In this document: positions 1-13,440 of the stretch, piece by piece
How the letters are laid out: the number at the start of each line of letters is the position of its first letter
Numbering within the stretch: the first letter of the stretch is position 1
Source of the DNA: Hypanus sabinus
Lineage: Eukaryota
Length of the DNA: 64,000 nt
Direction of reading: 5' to 3'
Assembly: GCF_030144855.1 (NCBI RefSeq)
Contig: NC_082720.1
Span: 23,126,001-23,190,000 of the forward strand
Made by a program: the position numbers and the translations under genes
Notes under the pieces: model-generated
Databases searched by the model: none
Told to the model about the DNA's origin: nothing
Seen by the model: the letters and a program-made list of their open reading frames with translations, nothing else

Positions 1-752
1 ATCCAGACTCCTTTGAAGATTCTCAAAGAAACAACAGGGTTGAGGACCAGAAACCTAGTGGTCGGTCACAGAAACTGAGTACAGCTGATGAGAGAGACAC
101 TGAACTGATGTCTCTTTCAAACAGGAAGAAGTCCAGAACTAGTAGTTCTGGAACTCAAGTACACCCCTCCACAGTTTGGAGAAGTCTTGTCAGAAATTAT
201 CTTCAGAGAAGAACATAATCTGCTTGAAGAATTATCTTTAAGTAGAAATGCCATTCTTCTGAAAAGGAAACAAAGGCAAAAGACTCACCTACATGAAAAA
301 AAACACAAGGACAGGGGTGCTGAACAATTGCAGCAGTTACTCTGGACGGATAAGTCAAAATAAGAATTTTTGGCTCAAACTGGAAGCAGTTTGTCTGTAG
401 AAGAGCTGGAGAGCGCTACTTGGATGAGAGTCTGCAGCCAAAAGTGAAGCAAGGCGGAGGTTCCCTGAAGGTCTGGGGATGCATTTCTGCAAATAGAGTT
501 GGTGATCTGGTCGGAATTAATGGAATCCTCAATACTGAGAAGTACAAGCAGATTCTCATCTATCACATAATACCAGCAGTAAGGTATCCGATCAGTCCAA
601 CTTCATTCTGCACCAAGGTAATAACCCCAAACACACAGCCAAGGTCATAAAGAACTACCTTCAGTGTAAAGAAGAACAAGGAGTTCTGCAACAGATGATG
701 TAGCCTCCACAGAGTTCTGATGTAAACATCATTGAGGCTGTCTAGGATTTCC
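1..752 (+). mobile_element. Tc1/mariner transposase remnant (copy A)
   Basis: ORF 420-650 reads GGGSLKVWGCIS...GILNTEKYKQIL. A D-x-N-I-I-E-A-V-like motif lies near 720-745. Frameshifts and stops are present. Confidence 0.9.
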
Positions 753-789
753 TTCTGGTAAGATAACGGTGCGTTTTTTTTTACAGTCT

Positions 790-1350
790 GAGAACAATTC
801 TACTCCAAGAACATTGGATACTGCAGGGCTACTGGGTCAGTGAGATGCTCATTGATTGGAGTAGCTGGTGGCGGTGCTGGTTGAGGTATTGAAGGAGTCA
901 GTCAGGATATTGGAGGAGCCAGTTTGGGTTTGGAGGTGCTGACCTGGCAACAAACCATGTTGCTGGCCACTGCTTGGAGGCATCGGAGTTGGTGCAGAAT
1001 AACAATGGGAGACAGTTTCGGACATTTCACTTACGATTGCAAGACTCTATTGGTCAGTGATAATGTCAGTTGCCCTTGTCTGGTGGTGGGGCAGTAATAC
1101 AGACTGAATTATATGCCACTGTACACAGCCAGCAGGCTGTACCTTTGATTGCTGGACGTTGTCGCTCAGAGTTTTGGATAAATATGTTTTTTTAATGCCT
1201 TATTGCTCGAAACCTTGAAATATGTTACCCGCTATTTTTGAATGTTTGTTAGTTATTTTGAATAATTTTCACCCTCGTCCCAGAGAAACACTGTCTTGTT
1301 CAGCTGTATCTATGTATGGCTCAAAGGATGATTAAAATTGACTTGATTCA
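790..1350 (+). repeat. Unclassified interspersed repeat with an L2-like 3' tail; homologous to 21410-22140
   Basis: Clear similarity to 21410-22140. Ends in acactgtcttgttcagctgtat...aaattgacttga, resembling the L2 tails elsewhere in the window. Confidence 0.5.
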
Positions 1351-1493
1351 TCTGGAGAAACAGAAGCAAGCAAGGGAGCCAAAGTCTGCAGAAGAACTGT
1401 AGGAGTGAAACAAGAACTGTCTCATGTTCTATAAAAAGACAAGCAAGCCTAGCTTAGATTCCTTTGTCTTCTCAAAGCAACATCTTTAACTTC

Positions 1494-1812
1494 CCAGGTG
1501 CCGCCATTCAGCTGATTATTTAAGTAACAGATTTTACCCCGAGCCATCGGACCACCAACCTACTGACCTCTGCTGTGCCTATCGTTTTGTTTATTATTTA
1601 TTGTAATGTCTGCACTGTTCTGTGTACTTTATGCAGTCCTGGGTAGGACTGTAGTCTAGTGTAGTTTTTGTGTTGGTTTACATAGTTCAGTGTAGTTTTT
1701 GTATTGTTCATGTAGCACCATGGTCCTGAAAAACGTCGTCTCGTTTTTACTGTGCACTGTACCAGCAGTTACGATCGAAATGACAATGAAAAGCATCTTG
1801 ACTTGACTTGAC
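1494..1812 (+). mobile_element. L2 LINE 3' end, present only in copy A
   Basis: Ends in (gactt)n. The empty site in copy B at ~22280 reads tttaacttggagaag. Confidence 0.7.
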
Positions 1813-1879
1813 TTGGAGAAGTGAAAGGACTTTATAGGAAAGTGAAAAGAAGTGAAAGGGAGTGAGAAGAAAAGCAATA

Positions 1880-2105
1880 AAAAAGAGTACATACATGTCA
1901 CCACACACAAGCCTGAGATTCTTTTTCCTGCGGGCATACTCAACAAATCTATAGAACAGTAACTGTAAACAGGATCAATGAACAACAAACTGCAAATGCA
2001 AATATAAATAAATAGCAATAAATAATGAGTATGCAAAAAAATAAGATAAGGAGTCCTTAAAGTGAGACCAGCAGTTGTGGGAACACCAGAAATAGAATGA
2101 GAGAC
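1880..2105 (-). mobile_element. L2 LINE 3' tail
   Basis: Typical tail (catgtcaccac...ctgagattc...aaataaatagcaataaata). Homologous to 22350-22560. Confidence 0.65.
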
Positions 2106-2109
2106 CATG

Positions 2110-2720
2110 ATATTACAGGAAGGATACTAGTGTGGAAAGAGGATTGGCTGAGTGGCAGGAGACAAAGGGTGGGAATAAAGGAGCTTATTCTGGTTGGCTA
2201 CCGGTGACAAATGGTGTTTTGCAATGTTCGGTGTTGGGTCCACTTCTTTTTACATTACATGTCAATGATTTGTATGATGGAATTGCTAGCTTTGTGTCTA
2301 GGTGTGCAGATGATACAAAGATACATGGAGGGGCAGGTAGTGAAGAGGCAGGGAGTCTGCAGAAGGGTTTAGACAGATTGGGAGAATGGGCCAAGAAGCA
2401 GCAGATGGAAAATAGTACAGGGAAGTGTGTGCTCATGCATTTTGATAGAAGGAATAATAGTAGATTATTTTTGAAATGGGGAGAATGTTCAAAAATCAGA
2501 GGTGCAAATTCCCTACGGTATCCTCCACTCAACAATATAGGCAGGTTATTAGAGATTTTGAAACAAGGACTATGTGAGGGTAGTCGAGAGGTTTAACCAC
2601 AAATTAACTTGTTGACATTTACCCGCCAAAGTTCGTTAAATTTTTTGTCACATTTTAAACAGCAGGTTCCACATGGGAGGTTGGTCACAAATGTTCAGTT
2701 GCTGAGCAATCGAGATGGCG
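2110..2720 (+). mobile_element. CR1 LINE reverse-transcriptase fragments
   Basis: ORF 2132-2596 has PVTNGVLQCSVLGPLLF and ADDTKI, the CR1 RT motifs SGVPQGSVLGP and FADD. Confidence 0.85.
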
Positions 2721-3399
2721 TAGTAAATTGGATTGGACTTGGGTCTCATGGAAAGCGACTCTGTGGGGAGGAAATTGCTTATTAACCATACAAGTTCAGC
2801 AAAAGTTAGAATAGATGCGTATTCAACAGAGAATGTGCATTCCTTTGCTGACTACCCAACGATACTGAGCATTAGCGTAGAAGAAACAGAAAATATCCTA
2901 TCAATCACAAGTGGGTCAATGCTTCAGGCTATTGAAATCATTTGTCTTTATCAGATTGTGTGACCAACTCCAGACATTGTAACATTTCAATCAATATCAC
3001 CCATACAAACTCTGTCTACAGCTGTGCAAAATCTGGAGACAATAAATCAGTCATCTTGAAGAAAATGAAAGTATCTTAGCCTTGAAATGGAGAAAGTGTT
3101 GGAAACGTATAAAATTAGCAGTCACTGAGACAAGCGTGGTTTATTTAGAAACATCTGGTTTGGCTTTGTTAAAGACTAATGGTATCTAAGTAATTTGATA
3201 CAATTTTTGATGAGGAAACAGGATCACTGAGGGAAATCCAGTTGATGAATATATGTACTTCCAACAAGTATTAAATAACGTGTTACATTTCTACACAGCT
3301 GTAGTTTTGGTGCACATCTTGGTGGGCATAAATGACATGGACCTATTTCCATGCTATACTACTCTATAACTCAATTACAGGATTTACATCAGGGTTAAT

Positions 3400-5220
3400 T
3401 AAGAAAGAAAACAGGACGGCCAAAAGAAGGCATGAGGTTCCCTTAACAGACAAGGTGAATGAGAATTCCAAGGTATTCTACTGATATGTTGAGAGCAAGG
3501 ATTGCAAGGGACAGAACTGGTTCTCTGTAAGATCAGAATGGTAATCCATGTGTAGAGCCAGAAGAGTTGGAGGAGATCTTAAAAGTATATTTTGTATCTG
3601 TATTTACTCAGGAGACAGCCACAGAGTCTACAGAAGTGATGTAAAACAGCATCAATTTCATGGACCCTAAACAGATTACAGAGGAGGAGGTGTTTACTCA
3701 CTTGGGGCAAATTAGAGTGAATAAATCCTCAAGGCCTGACAAGGTGTTCCCTTGGACAAGTACAGACATTGCAGAGATATTTAAATCATCCTAGTGACAT
3801 ATAAGATACCAGAGGATTAGAAGATAGGCACTGTTGCTCTGCCGTTTAATAAAGGCTTTATAAATAAACCAGGAAATTATAGACTAATGAGCCTGATTTC
3901 AATAGCAGAAAAGTTAATGGAAGGTACTCTTTGGGACTGGATATATGTGTTTCTGGATAGACATAGACTGATTAAGGATAGTCAGCATGGCTTTGTGTGT
4001 GGTGGGTCATGTCTAACCAACTTTATTGAGTTTTTTTGAGAAAACTAGCATGAAAATTGAAGAAGATAAGGCAGTGGATGTTGTCTACATGGGCTTTAGC
4101 AAGACCTTAGACAAGGTCCAGCATGGGAGGTTGGTCATAAATTTTCAGTTGCTGAGCAAGCAAGATGAGGTAGTATATTGGATTGGTCTTTGGCCTCATG
4201 GAAGAAGAGAGCAGTAGTAGATGGCTGCATCTCTGACTGGAGGTCTGTAACTACTGGTGTGCCACAGGGATCAGTGCTGCATCTGTAGTTGCTTGTCATG
4301 TTTATCAATGATCTGGATGATATTGTGGTAAACTAGATCAGCAAATTTTCAGATGACACCATAATTGGTGTGTAGCAGACAGGCAGAAGATGATCATGGA
4401 TCAATCTGGACCAGCTGAAAAAAATGGGCTGAAAAATGGCAGATAGAATTTAATATAGGTAGACTAATGCCAGGTGATGCTCTTTGATAGGACCAACCAG
4501 GGTAGATTTATACGGTGAATGGTATAACAATGGGATCTGGGAATATAGGTCCATTGTTGCATCACAGAAAGTGGCATCATAGGTAGGTAGGGTCATAAAA
4601 AAGCTTTTGGAACATTGGCCCTCATGAATCGATGTATTTAAAACAGGAAATGGGAGATAATGTTGAAGTTGTGTAAGACATTGGCAAGTCCTAATTTAGA
4701 ATATTGTATGCAGTTTTGGTCACTTACCTACAGGAAAAATATCAATGAGGTTGATAGAGTACAGGATGTTGCTGGATCTGGAGGACATGAGCTATATGGA
4801 ATGATTGAATAGGTTAGGGCTTTGTTCTTCGGAATGTAGAAGATTAAGAGGAGATTTGATAGAGGTCACAAAATTATGAGAGGTATTGATAGGGAAATGT
4901 AAACAGGCTTTTTTTGCTGAGGTTGGGTACGACTACAACTAGAGGTTATGGGTTAAGGATGAATGGTGAAGAGTTTAAATGGCACATGAGGGGAACCTTC
5001 ACTCAGAGGGTCATGGCAGTGGAAGGAGCTGTCAGTGCAAGTGGTGCATGCAAACTCGATTTCAATGGTTAAGAGAAGTTTGGATAGTTACATGGATGGT
5101 AAGTGATGGAGGGCTATTCTGGGGCAGGTGAATGAGAGTAGGCAGTTAAAAGTTTCAGCATGGACTACATGGGCCAAGGTGCCTGTTTTGGTGCTGTACT
5201 TTTCCATGAGTCTAGGACTC
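3400..5220 (+). mobile_element. Decayed CR1 LINE ORF2 (RT to 3' end)
   Basis: ORF 4026-4217 has AVDVVYMGFSKTLDKVQHGRL, followed by ggtgtgccacagggatcagtgctg (GVPQGSVL). CR1-type 3' tail near 5150-5220. Confidence 0.88.
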
Positions 5221-5914
5221 GGTAACTATAACAAAATAAAAAGAATAGTGAATAGAGAATTGTCTAAGTGGCAAAAACAGAGAGGTGAGGTTGGTTTGCA
5301 TTGGGTCTGGAGGGAAGTGCATAGCACGTTTACACAGGATATGTATCATTATCATAATCAGATGCAGGTTTAATATCAATGGCATATGTTATAAATGTTT
5401 TTTGTAGCAGCAGTACTTTGCAAAGCCTAGTGGTAAAAACTATAAATTAAATTAAAAAGAATGCATAAACATAAATTAAATAGGTTGTGTAAAAAGTGAG
5501 AGAAAAAAACAAATAATATTTTCCAAAAATACAGATGATACAAAAACTTACTTGTATTGTGAACCATGAAGAAGACAGTAGTGGATATCAAGGACTGGCT
5601 GGAGTAATGGGTAATGGGTGCTCAGAACTTGCAGAGACTCATGTGCGAAGACATCTGAATAGCCTTTCAAAATCAACACTATGCAAAATTGTGCTGTATA
5701 AAAGTACACTTTTCCAAGTTTTACATGAAAGTAGATATCATAAAATTTTTCTGCATTACAATCAAATTGTCATATCCTCACCCGTTCACTTGGCGTGTTT
5801 TTCTCACCTGAAATCTCATTGTATCTGCCTCATAACTCACACAGCGTCACTTGGCTATGCATCATCAGCATGTTTGGATACATGAAGCATTTTGTCAGTA
5901 AAGCTTCAATGTCA

Positions 5915-6400
5915 ATATTGAGAGTGCAAAGTAAATTTATTATCAAAGTACCTGTATGTCCCATATATAATTCTGAGATTCTTCTTCCTGTGGGCATTCA
6001 AAGAAAATTCAAGAAACATAATAGAATCAATGAAAGACCACTTGTGTAGGACAGACAACAACCAACCTGTAAAAGACAACAAACTGTGCCAAGGCTAAAC
6101 AAGAAAAAAACCCAAACTAATAATAATAAAAAGTATGCAATAAATACTGAAAAATGAGCTGTAGGGTCCTTGAGAATAAGTCTATAGATAGTGGGAACAG
6201 TTCATTGATGGGGTAGGTGAAGTTGAGTGGAGTTATCCACTCCTGTTCAAGAGTCTGACGGTTGTGGGGCAATAACTAGCCCTGAATCTGCTGGGGTGGG
6301 TTGTGAAGCTCCTGTACCTCCTTCCTGATGGCAGCAGCAAGAAGAGAGCATGACCTGGATGATGACGGTTCTGATGGACTCGAATATAAAAGTAACAATG
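5915..6400 (-). mobile_element. L2 LINE 3' end
   Basis: ORF 6233-6424(-) reads HPGHALFLLLPSGRRYRS...RFRASYCPTTVRLLN, the L2 ORF2 C-terminus. Confidence 0.85.
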
Positions 6401-6955
6401 TAATGCTGAGGAATGATAAGGCAATAGTGAGGCCTCAATGATAATATTGTCAGCAGTTTGGGCCTCTTATCTAAGAAAGGATGTGCTGATGTTGGGCAGT
6501 GTTTAGAGTACGTTCACAAGAATGATTCTGGGAATGAGATGGAGAATATGAGGAATATTTAATGGCTCTGTGCCTCTATTCGTTGGAATTTAGAAGGATG
6601 AGGGAGGAATCACATGGAAGCCCATAAAGTGTTGAAAGGCTGAGATAGTGTGGATGTGGAGAGGATGCTTCCGATAGTTGGGGAGTCAAGGAGCAGAGGG
6701 ATCCTCAGCATATGGGGCATCCATTTACAGTACAGACGAGTAGGAATTTCTTTTGCCAAAGGGTGGTAATTCATTGCCACAGGTGGTTGTGGAGGATTGG
6801 TCATTGGGTGTATTTAAGGCAGATCTTGGTTAGTCAGGGAATGAACAATTATGGGGAGAAGGATGGAAAATGGGATCGAGAAGTAAAATGGATCAACCAT
6901 GATGAAATAGAGGAGCAGAGTCAGTGGGCTTAATGGCATAATTCTGCTCCTATCC
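6400..6955 (+). mobile_element. CR1 LINE 3' portion
   Basis: ORF 6712-6933 has GHPFTVQTSRNFFCQRVV, followed by a CR1-type tail. Confidence 0.8.
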
Positions 6956-6957
6956 CT

Positions 6958-9230
6958 TCTGGTCTTCTGATAGATGCTGCCTCCCTACAATAGAACTGCA
7001 TGTAGATGTGCTCAGTGGTGGAGAGGGCTTTACCTATGATGGGCCTGGCTGTATCCATTACTTTCTGTCGGCTGTTCCATTCAGGGGCAATGGTGATTAC
7101 ATAGCCAATGACAATGGTGTTGTCAACAAACAGATATGGCATTGGAGCTCAGCTTAGCCTACATACACAAGTATAAAGTGTTTGGAGCAGGGGCTAAGTG
7201 GACGGCCTTGTGGTGCGTCAGTGGTAATGGTGAATGTGGAGATGTTGTTGCCAATCTGAACTGACAAGGATCTGCAAATGAGGAAATTAAGGATCCATTT
7301 GCACAAAGAGGTATTGAGGCCAAGGTCTCGAAACTAATTGATTAGTTTTGAAGAGCTAAATGTATTGAATGCTGAGCTGTAGTCAATGAAGTTCATCCTG
7401 AATTTTTGCTGTCCAAATATTCCAGGATTGAGTGAACGGCCAATGAAATGGCACCTATTGTCACCTGATGTGAAGCTAGGTGAATTGAAGCAGATCCAAG
7501 TCACTTCTCAGGCAGGAGTTGATATGTTTCATCATTAACCTCTCAAAGCACTTCATCACAGTGGGTGTAAGTGCTACTAAATGATAACTATTGAGGCAGG
7601 TTGCCTCATTCTTCTTGGGATTTGATATAACTGAAACCTGCTTGAAGCAGCTGAGTAACCCAAACCACTGAAGCGAGAGGTTAAAGTTATCAGTGAACTC
7701 TCCAGCCAGTTGATAGGCACAAGTCTTTATAACTTGGCCAGGTACCCTGTCAGGGCTGGACACTTACTGTGGGTTCACAGATCAGTCTTTGAGACTGAAA
7801 TCGTAGGGCCGTTGGGGGCTGTGGAGTTTGTGAAGGTGCATTAAATATGAGTCTAAAAGCCAATGAGCTCATTTAGGAGTGACACCTTGTTGGTACCTAT
7901 GCGCTTGGTTTCACTTTGTAGGAGGTGACAACATTGACGCACTGCCACATCGTTTAAGCGTGCTTCAGTGATTCAAGCTTGGTCCAGAATTACCACTTCA
8001 CATGGAAAATGGCTTTCCTGGATTTGAATGCCACTAACCTGGCCCTCTGCAGATTGTTTGTCTTGTGGTTCATCCAGAGCTTCTGACTGCGGAAATCGCT
8101 GAATGATTTTTGTGGTTGACACTCATGCCTACAACTTCTTTTATAAAGCTCATGAGAACTGTGGTGTATTCGTTCAGATCTTATGAGTTCTTGAACACAG
8201 CCCAGTCCACCAACTCGAAGCAATCCCAGAGCCAGTCCTTTGACTTCCACGCCCTTTTGTTTGTTGTCCTTATCTCTGCAGCCTTGCTGATTAACATCTG
8301 CCTATAGGCAGGTGGTAGGAGCATGCTTCAGTGATTCAAGTTTGGTCTGGAATTGCCACTTCACATGTCAGATGGCTTTCTAGAGTTTATACCTGGACCT
8401 TTTGAATTTGCTTGATCGCTAGACTTGAATGCCACTTTGCTGGCTCTCAGCGGATTATGGATCTCATGGTTCATGCAGGGATCCTGACTGAGGAAATCTC
8501 AGAATGATTTTGTGGTTGACACACATGTCAATGACTGTTTTTACGAAGTTCACGAGAACTGTGGTGTGTTTATTCAGATCCTCTGATGAGTTCTTGAACG
8601 CAGCTCAGTTCACCAACTTGAAGCAATCCCATAGCCAGTCATCTGACTCCCACGACCTTCTCTTTGTTGCCCTAATCTCTGGAGACTTGCTCTTTAGCTT
8701 TTGCCTTTATGCTGTTTTCAGATTTCTTGAAATGCAGTCTAAGCATGGAATGATGAGTATTCCTAACTGTAATATCGCAGCAATTGAGTGAGTTTGGACT
8801 CCTGGTGCTGCAGGTAATCTGTTGATGATAATTGGGTAGAGATTGCTTCAAACACTTTATACTTGTGTATGAATTCCCTGACAATAATTTGTAAGGGATC
8901 AGGATAGGCTCTTTCTCCTTTGCTGATGGCAGCATTTGGTACTCAAGTGCCTGCTTAATATTAGCCTTGGCAGTATGTAAATTGTAGTCAGGATCATGTA
9001 TGAGAACTCTTTTAGTAAGTCGACCTGTTAGCAGTTAATCATTAGATGTACCAGGTCGGGGGAACAAGAGCACCCATCTTTTGCCTTCTCCAAGTCAGCA
9101 GTATGGTCCAGCTGGTGGATTGAGAAGCACTCTTACCAACTTATCCAGCAGATCCAAAGTAAGAAATGTCTCCATGAAGCAGAGAATGTAGCAATTCCTC
9201 ATTTCCCTCTGATGCAGCATTCTTGCCATT
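6958..9230 (-). mobile_element. Decayed L2 LINE ORF2 (endonuclease-RT)
   Basis: ORF 7476-7763(-) has PDRVPGQVIKTCAYQLA...LNSYHLVALTPTVMKCFERL. ORF 9095-9349(-) has REMRNCYILCFMET. Homologous to 32690-35090. Confidence 0.85.
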
Positions 9231-9231
9231 A

Positions 9232-9730
9232 GTTCCTCAATCTTGTTCTCCAGCAACTGTATATGTGTAGTCAGCTCCACCTTGGGTGCTAGACTACAAA
9301 GTATCCAGGACATCTTCAGGAAGTGCTGTCTTAGAAAGGCAGCGTCCATTATTAAAGACCTCCAGCACCCAGGGCATGCACTTTTCTCACTGTTACCATC
9401 AGCTAGGAGATACAGAAGCCTGAAGGCACACAGTCAATGATTCAGGAACAGCTTCTTCCCCTCTGCCATCCGATTTGTAAATGGACTTTGAAGCTTTGGA
9501 CACCACTTCACTTTTTCTAATATGCAGTATTTTTGTTTTTGCACATTTTAAAATAATCTATTCAATATACATAATTGATTTACTTGTTTATTTATTATGT
9601 TTTATGTTATTTATTATCATTTTATTCTCTCTCTTTCTCTGCTAGATTATGTATTGCATTGAACTGCTGCTGCGAAGTTAACAAATTTCATGTCACGTGC
9701 CGGTGATAATAAACCTGATTCTGATTCTGG
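9232..9730 (+). mobile_element. Younger L2 LINE 3' end inserted in the older L2 (copy A only)
   Basis: ORF 9243-9440 reads RKAASIIKDLQHPGHALFSLLPSARRYRSLKAH. Tail ends gataataaacctgattctgattctg. Confidence 0.85.
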
Positions 9731-10321
9731 TATTTCAGGCTGGATTGGAGTCCTCCCCTCTTTCTCCTGGCCATGGTGATGAACATCTGTCAGATTAAAA
9801 CTGTCATACCTGGATGTTTGGGAGTTAAGCCTGCCATTTCCTTCAGAAGACTGTGAAATCACTAATTAGTTAAGGTGGTTCAAATTCTAAATCAGGCTGC
9901 AGATTGCAGTGAGAGTAATTTAGAAAAAATATATTTAGAAGTTTTGTAAGCTGCTGTCAACAGGTTGCCATGTTTCACCACAACGATTGTTGCTCTCAGC
10001 TTCCCATATAGAGTGTAAACTGCTGTGTCCTCAGTAGACTTGCATTGGACCCACCACATAGTGACTCCCAAGCTAAAGACAATCTTTTTACTTCACTGTT
10101 TTATTTCTGTAATAAGATTATTCCTGTGTTTCACTCCCAATCAAATGTATTCTTTTCTTAAATTATAGAAACATGAAAGGCAGTTTGATCATGCATATAC
10201 ATCCCACTTACTGGTTCTCCATATCTATTCCAGCCCTTTCTTAGTTCTATGTGAGTCATTGATAGAGAAAGATGAATGAGTTCACTGACATGAAAGTAAG
10301 TAAACTTCTTTTTTGTTACAG

Positions 10322-10393
10322 CACCTTCTTCAATCATGATTGAGTCCTTTTCTACAACCTATGGAAATAATATTGCCCCACTTGCTTACCAGG
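10322..10393 (+). other. Candidate 72-nt phase 1-1 stalk-type exon (relic or upstream TIM paralog), peptide xPSSIMIESFSTTYGNNIAPLAYQ
   Basis: Acceptor cttctttttgttacag, donor CAGG|gtcagt, open frame. The downstream intron flank is homologous to that of the micro-exon at 18450-18477. Confidence 0.3.
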
Positions 10394-11169
10394 GTCAGTC
10401 TAAAGCATCTAGGCATTGCAAGTTATCTTCTAAACAATGATATTAATGAATTTTTTCCTTTGTGTAAACTGCATACTTTAATTATAGATGGGCAAAGTGG
10501 ATAAGAGTGTCTTGAAATTGATCTTAATTTAAATGTTTATGTGTAGAACATTAACAATTATGGTGGCTTTAACTTAAATAAAGTCCGGCACAATGGTAAG
10601 TCAGGAATGTTTGTGATAGAATTGAAAATTAGACTTGCCTTTTATAAAGTGCCTTTCACACTTTACAGGATATCCAGTATCCCAAAACACTGAACAGAAA
10701 ATGAGCAACTAACTTTAAGAAACAGATTTGTGGCCATTACCATATCTGGATGGTGATGTTCATTTTCATCAGCTTTGATTAAGAGATAACTTTGGTCAAG
10801 AAATGAGTTGATTTCTTGTTTTCTGAAATAATCCCTTGAGGTATTTTACATTTACCTCAAACAAGCTACAAGGCTACAAGTTAATTTTACATCTGAAAGA
10901 TAGATAGTATTATTTGTCTGACTAAGTTGAGTCTCAGTTTGTATCAACATACTTCCAAATTGCATGGAGGACTCAAGATTTAGGAACCTTTCTCCACTAT
11001 TCAATAAAATTGGAATCAGATTTACTGGCACTGACTATTGTCATGAAATTTGTTGTTACATGGCAGCAGTAAAGTGTAAAGATATAACTATTTTATTTAT
11101 TTATTTTGAGATGCAGCACAGTAACAATCACCTCCTCAAAGCCCCTAGTATGTAAAATATTTCCTTCCA

Positions 11170-13440
11170 TTTCCAGAGAAGGGGTTAGTCTTGACCTCAT
11201 ATTAGGAAATGAGCTTTTGCAGATAGTTGATTTGTTCAGTGGTGGGGGAGCACTTTGTGATCAGTGACCATAATTATATTAGTTTTAAGATAGCATAAAG
11301 AAAGCATGACTTAATATAATGTCATAAGCTGGGAAAATTCAGATTTTGATAGCATCAAACAAGAAGTTGATTGGAAGAGGTCGTTTGCAGGTAAGGGGTC
11401 ATCTGGCAAATGGGAGGCATTTAAATATTGGACAAGAAGACTTCAGCACCAGCATGCTCCTGTTGGAGTGATGTGCAAGGCTTGTAAAACTAAGGAACCT
11501 GGTTCTTAAAGGATATGGAGGAGCTGGTCAGGGAAAAGAATGAGGCAAGAGTCAGGTATAGGCAGTTGGCTTCAAGCAATTATTATTGTATATTGGATGT
11601 AGGATCACATTTGAGATTGAAATTAGAAGGGAAAAAGGAACCATGAGTTATCTCTGGCAGATAAGATAAAGGAAATCATAAAAGATTCCATAAGTATACT
11701 ACGAATAAAAGTGCAGCTGAATGAGAATCGGTCCTTATATGGATTACTATGGTAATCTAAAAATTGAGTGATGGGAAATGGGCAAGGCCTTCATTGGAAT
11801 TGGTTTATTTGTTGTCACATCTGTCAAAAAATTGAAATGCAGATCAAATGGTCAGATAATGCAATGTCACTTTTCAGACCTTGAAGGAATATATATTTTG
11901 TGGCTGCATTTATTGCGGAGAATAACATGGAAAGGGAAGAGTGATATCCTGGAGCATATTATCACGAAAAGAAAGAGGGGTTGGAGCTCTCAAAATGGGC
12001 AAGTAACTGAAAGAGGAGGACATAGAAGAATGTGCAATTAATGCAGCAAGTGGGATTAGTATAGACAGGCATAATGGTTAGCATGGATGCATTGGGCAAA
12101 AGGGCCTGATTTATGCTGAACAATTCTATGATTCTAGGATGGAAAGCTTTAAGAAGGAATAAAATTACAACATGAGTTGTAATCATGGAATAATTACAAC
12201 AGCTATAGCCGTTGACAAAGATTAAGTTAAATGTGAACAACTGAAGTTTGGAATGATGTCATATGAACCATTGAAAGTTTCATGCAGGAGGACTATGTAT
12301 TAATGTGAAAATTGAAGTTCAGAACACAGCCAAACCCTTTTGCAAAGGTTGTTCATGGTAGCCTAGTTTGGAAGGTTAAATCACCTGGTATCCAGTGTGA
12401 GAGAGTGGATTAGATTCATAATTGACTCAGTGGTGGGAAGCAGGGGGTGATGACCAAGTGTTGTTTCTCAGTCTGAAGGCCTGTGTCTAGTGGTGTGCCA
12501 GAGGGGTTGGTGCTGGGAACTTTGTTGTTAGTAACTAATATATGTGGTTTAGATTTGAATGTCATAGTTCATAAGTTTATGAATGATATTAAAATAGGTG
12601 GCTTTGTAAATGGTGTTGAAAGCTATGAAAAATTGCAGGGAGGACTTGATCATCTAGTTATGTGGACTGGAGATTGGCAAGAGGCTTTTACTCCAGAAAT
12701 ATGTGAAATATATCATTTTGGGAGATTAAACCAAGGTGAAATTTATACAGTAAATGTTAGTGTCCTGCAGAGTGTTTTGGAAGAGAGGGACCTAGAAATG
12801 CAAGAATATTATTCACTGAAAGTTTTGTCACAGGAGATAGGATGGTGAAGAGGACATTTGGCATGCTGACCTTTAACAGTCAGAGTAGGGAAATATGATG
12901 CAATTATGTAAGCCATTGGTGAGGCTTCACTTGGAGTATTGTGACCAACTTTGGTCACATTTTATAGGATAGATATTATTAAATTAGAAAAGTGCAGAAC
13001 CAGCTGGTGGCTGAGATATTGCATGGACTGGGATTTATTCCCCGGAATGGAGCAGACTGAGTGGTGACTTATGGAGATCTATTAGATCATGAGGGGCAGA
13101 GACATGGTGAAAACACTCAGTCTTTTACCTAGGGTAGGCTGCTAATAACAAGAGAGCATATGTTTAAGACCAGAGACTACAAGTTTAATAAAAGAAATCT
13201 GGGAAAGCTTCTTCCCTTAAAGGGTGGTGTGTATTTGGAATGAACTGCCAGGAATATTGGTTAGGGTGGGTACATTTAGCAACATTTAAAAATCATCTAG
13301 ATGAGTACATGGTTCAGAGTGGTTTAGAAGACAAGTTAAGTGGACAGGCCTCTGTGGATGAGCTCACTGGGCAACACAGTCAGCATAGACAAGTTGTGGT
13401 GAGGGAGCAGTTTCCACGTTATTGTGTCTCACTCTAAACA
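11170..13440 (+). mobile_element. Cluster of decayed CR1 LINE fragments
   Basis: ORF 12483-12848 has SSGVPEGLVLGTLLL...KFMNDIKIGG. CR1 3' segments occur at ~11950-12150 and 12850-13430. Homologous to 38800-41820. Confidence 0.8.
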
